Source: Heterodontus francisci (Eukaryota). From it: a stretch of DNA of 64,000 nt. Made by a program: the position numbers and the translations under genes. The stretch spans positions 13,144,001 to 13,208,000 of the forward strand of contig NC_090419.1 in the NCBI RefSeq assembly GCF_036365525.1. Reading direction: 5' to 3'. Shown here one piece after another: positions 60,686 through 64,000 of the stretch (the first letter of the stretch is position 1; the number at the start of each line of letters is the position of its first letter). The notes beneath the pieces are model-generated. The model ran no database searches, was not told the DNA's origin, and saw only the letters and a program-made list of their open reading frames with translations.

Positions 60686-61603
60686 GTCTCACTGAGACAT
60701 TCATTGTGGTAATTTGCCAAAATCATCCGGCCTCATTCTTTTCTGCTCTGTCCGTTGCCCTGATTTCCCCTCTTTGTAGCTCTTATTCCCTTTCTTTCCC
60801 CTTACTAGTCTCTTTGCCTTTATTTCCTCTCACATTCCCCCCCCCCCCAAATGCAGCTATCAGCATAAAATCAGAGAAACTTACAGTGCAGAAGGAGGCC
60901 ATTTGACCCAGCGTGCCAATGCTAGCTCTTTGAAACAGCAGTCATGCTTGTCCGTAACCCTGTGAGTTCCTCATCCCCAAGTGCCTGTCTAACTCCCTCT
61001 TAAAATTATTTGTGGAATCAGCTTCCACCACCTTTTCAGCTCGAGCTTTCCAGATCCCAGCAATACTGAGTGAGAAAAAATTCTCCTCCTCTCCCCTCGC
61101 GATCTTATTACCTCTGGTATTGACCCACTCCCCAGAGGATATAGTTTTTTTCTCTCTCTACTCTACCTAACCTCTAATCATCTTGAAACCTCCATTCGGT
61201 AACCTCTTAAGCTTCCCTGTTCAAAGGAGAACTTTTCCAATCTTTCCTCCAGCTGCAGTTCTCTGCCTCCTATCCCCACTGGTGTGGCTGCATTTTGATT
61301 CCCTGTCAGGCTCCAGACCAGTACGTGTGGGACGTCCCCACTGGATGTGGCGGTGAGATCAGACCAAAATTAATCAGCTTACGTTACAATTAATTCAACA
61401 TCTATCGGAGTGAAGGCTGTCAGATTTATTACAGCTGGCCTGTTCCTGCATGTTATTCTACATTTCAATCAGGAATTAATAGGCAGGCAGGCTCTAAGCA
61501 AAGAGTAGACATGGAAGATCTGCAGGGGGCTCAGTTGAGGCCAGTTGTCCATTCTGGTTAGATGAGGTTTCAACCAATAATTGGTAAGGAAATGCTGGCA
61601 CGT

Positions 61604-62575
61604 TGTAACGACTGAGGCGGGAGGAGTGCACTGTTTATTCAAGTTCCGCTTATCCACAATTCGCAACATATATTTAAATTTTCCCACTTACTGATACGGT
61701 CGATCTATTTTTCCCAGAATGAAACACACTAACCAGGTTTCTTTAATGAACAACAAAATTATCATTTTATTATAAAACGGATCTTAACCAGTAATGAAGT
61801 AAAGCGTAAACACACAGATTGAAATTTTAAAGTTCCCTTTTCACCTTAGCCACACACACACACCGGTTAACTGGAAAAAAATAGATTTTTGTTGAGAGCT
61901 CTGTTACAGACAAAAGGACACTTGGGCTGAATACTTGCCCATTCGTGAAGAAAACAGCAGATGAGATACGTTGTGTTCCAAAACTGGCATACAGTCTGGC
62001 CTCCGAGTACACCTAGACTGGTCACTGGGATCTTTTAGGACGGTTCTTTTCAGGTGGCGTTGAGAATTAATTTAGCTGGCTTTTCTTCGAAGACAGGAGA
62101 TGAAATGAATTGACACAGTGGACTTCTCAGGGTCGTTTAGAGAGGTGCTGGAAAGCTGAGCTGGGTTGTGGTCTTCGCTGATTCCTTGGGAACTCTCTTC
62201 TCCTTCTGCAGGCTTGATTCTTCAAATATTCAGCGAGGATCTGGTCTCTTCCTCCATGACACATCTTCAGCAGGCTAACTTTATTTCATTCCAGAAGATA
62301 AACAATGCCACTACAACCAAAAGCTTGTGAGTTTGCTGCTGCTCCCGGGCTTGTGCAGTCAAGGCGACTGTCACTTCTCTGCCCACATGTTCCTCAGTTA
62401 CCAGGGTTTCTGTTCTATTTTTTAACTTGAGTCATGGCACAGCCAATAAACATTGTTGCCAAACCACTTCTTTCAGTGTTCTCTTGACAACCCTCTTGAA
62501 ATAAAAACTAGTCCAACATTTCTTCAGTTTGACTGAATTCCTCCAAAGAAATGTTAACAAAAAACAGACGTAACA
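61604..62575. mobile_element. Solo LTR with 4-bp target-site duplication
   Basis: ACGT|TGTAACG...CGTAACA|ACGT: TG...CA ends with imperfect terminal inverted repeat. Related sequence at ~19040-19200. Confidence 0.75.
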
Positions 62576-63579
62576 ACGTCTCCCAGAACATTTAAAATAT
62601 GAGGAAATACTCAGACTGTTGTTATGCAAGCAGATGTGATGGCCGGTTCCCACACAAGTTTCACAAACAGTAATGAGTAGTAGTTAATGGGTTTCGGGTG
62701 TTGGTTGAGGGAGGAATGTTGGCCAGGGGAATTTGCTGCTCTTCATCCTATAGTGGAAGGAATACGATCTTTAACATCCACCTGAACAGGTAGATGGGGC
62801 TTCAGGTTAATGCCTCATCAGAAGGAAGGCATCTCGGGCAGTGCTGCACTCCCTCAGTTCTGCACTGTAGTGTCCATTTAGAGCTTACGTCACGGGTAGT
62901 TGGTGTGTGGGAGGGCTTGTAGCCGCAACTTTTTCACAAGAGGGAGGGTTAACACAAATTGAGCCAAGCCAACATTTGATAAATGCTCATTTCTGTTCCT
63001 TGCAAACTACCAGTCCGTCTCCCACCCCCACCCCCGACTTTCCTCTCCAAAGTCCTTCAATCTGCTGCTTTCTCCCAGATCCATGTTCAACTTTTTCCAT
63101 AACTCTCCTTGGAGCAAAGGAGATTGAGGGGAGATTTGATAGAGGTGTATTCGATGATGACAGGTAGACAAAGAAAAGCTGTTCCTGTTAGCTGATGGTA
63201 CGGGGACTAGGGGATACAGATTGAAGGTTTTGGGTCAGAGATGCTGGGAGGTGGGGGGTGGGGGGGGAGGAGGATGCGAGGAAGAACTTACGCAGCGGGT
63301 AGTAATGACAGGGAACTCGCTGCCCACGAGGGTGGTGGAAGCGGAGTCGATGAATTATTTTTAGATGGGAACTTGAGGGAAATAAACCTGCAGGGCTCCG
63401 GGGATAGAGTGGGAGAATGGGACTGACTGGATTGCTGTGCAGAGGGCTGGCATGGACCCAATGGGCCGAATGGCTGCCTTTTCCGCTGTTATGACTCTAA
63501 ATTCCATTTTTTAACCTTTCCAATCAGGTTCCTACCTGTGCCACAGCAATGAAATATCCCCAATCTAAGTCACAAATGA

Positions 63580-64000
63580 TATCCTCAATGACCGTTTTGC
63601 ACCTCCCCTCCTCGTCCTCCTCGACCTGTCTGCACCCTTTGACACGGATGAACCACACCATCCTCCTCCAACGCCTCTCCGCTGTCGTCCAGCTGGGTGG
63701 GACTGCACTCACCTGCTTCCATTCTTATCTATCTCACCGTAGCTGGAGAATCGCCTGCAATGGCTTCTCTTCCTGCTCCCACCCCATTACCTCTGGTGTC
63801 CCCCCAAGGATCTATCCTCGCCCCCCCCCCCTATTTCCCATCTACATGCTGTCCCCTCGGCGACATCATCCGAAAGCACAACATCAGGTTCTGATAGGTC
63901 CGCTGATGGCACCCAGCTCGACTTCACCACACCTCTCTCGGCTTCTCCACTGCTTCAGAACTGTCAGACTGTGTGAGCAGAGACTTCCTCCTATTAAATA
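63580..64000 (+). mobile_element. L2-like LINE RT fragment
   Basis: Degenerate LDLSAPFDT..HTILLQRL and SGVPQGSIL motifs. Confidence 0.6.

Noticed and set aside
59528-64000. Leader exon of WB-a'
   Set aside because: No convincing ATG, hydrophobic stretch and phase-1 donor was found. The WB-a intron 1 is ~5 kb, so the exon probably lies beyond the window.

Overview
Eukaryotic, repeat-rich vertebrate DNA, most likely from a shark or other elasmobranch (inferred from HE1-like V-SINEs, Deu-SINEs and abundant CR1 LINEs). The window holds a cluster of MHC W-category genes, the ancient MHC group with class II-type two-chain architecture but class I/beta2-microglobulin-type interface residues (Okamura et al. 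2021 PNAS). Genes reconstructed by hand from splice sites and phase: WB-a (+, 803-11651, 7 exons, 293 aa); WA (-, 27080-34244, 4 exons, 386 aa, leader expanded by an in-frame minisatellite); WB-b (+, 34403-43642, 6 exons, 336 aa), head-to-head with WA across 158 bp; and WB-a' (-, 55894-59527, leader not found in the window). A probable frameshifted WA leader exon (-, 420-475) sits head-to-head with WB-a. The most striking pattern: WB-a and WB-a' are inverted paralogs whose beta1 domains are only about 54% identical (49/91 aa), while a 3.2-kb tract from just before beta2 through TM, tail exons, introns and 3' flank is nearly identical. The rest of the window is CR1, L2, RTE and Tx1 LINE fragments, SINEs, solo LTRs and several minisatellites, including a 9.2-kb 33-bp array grown out of a Deu-SINE that generates the spurious 3000-aa ORFs. 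Repeat boundaries are approximate.
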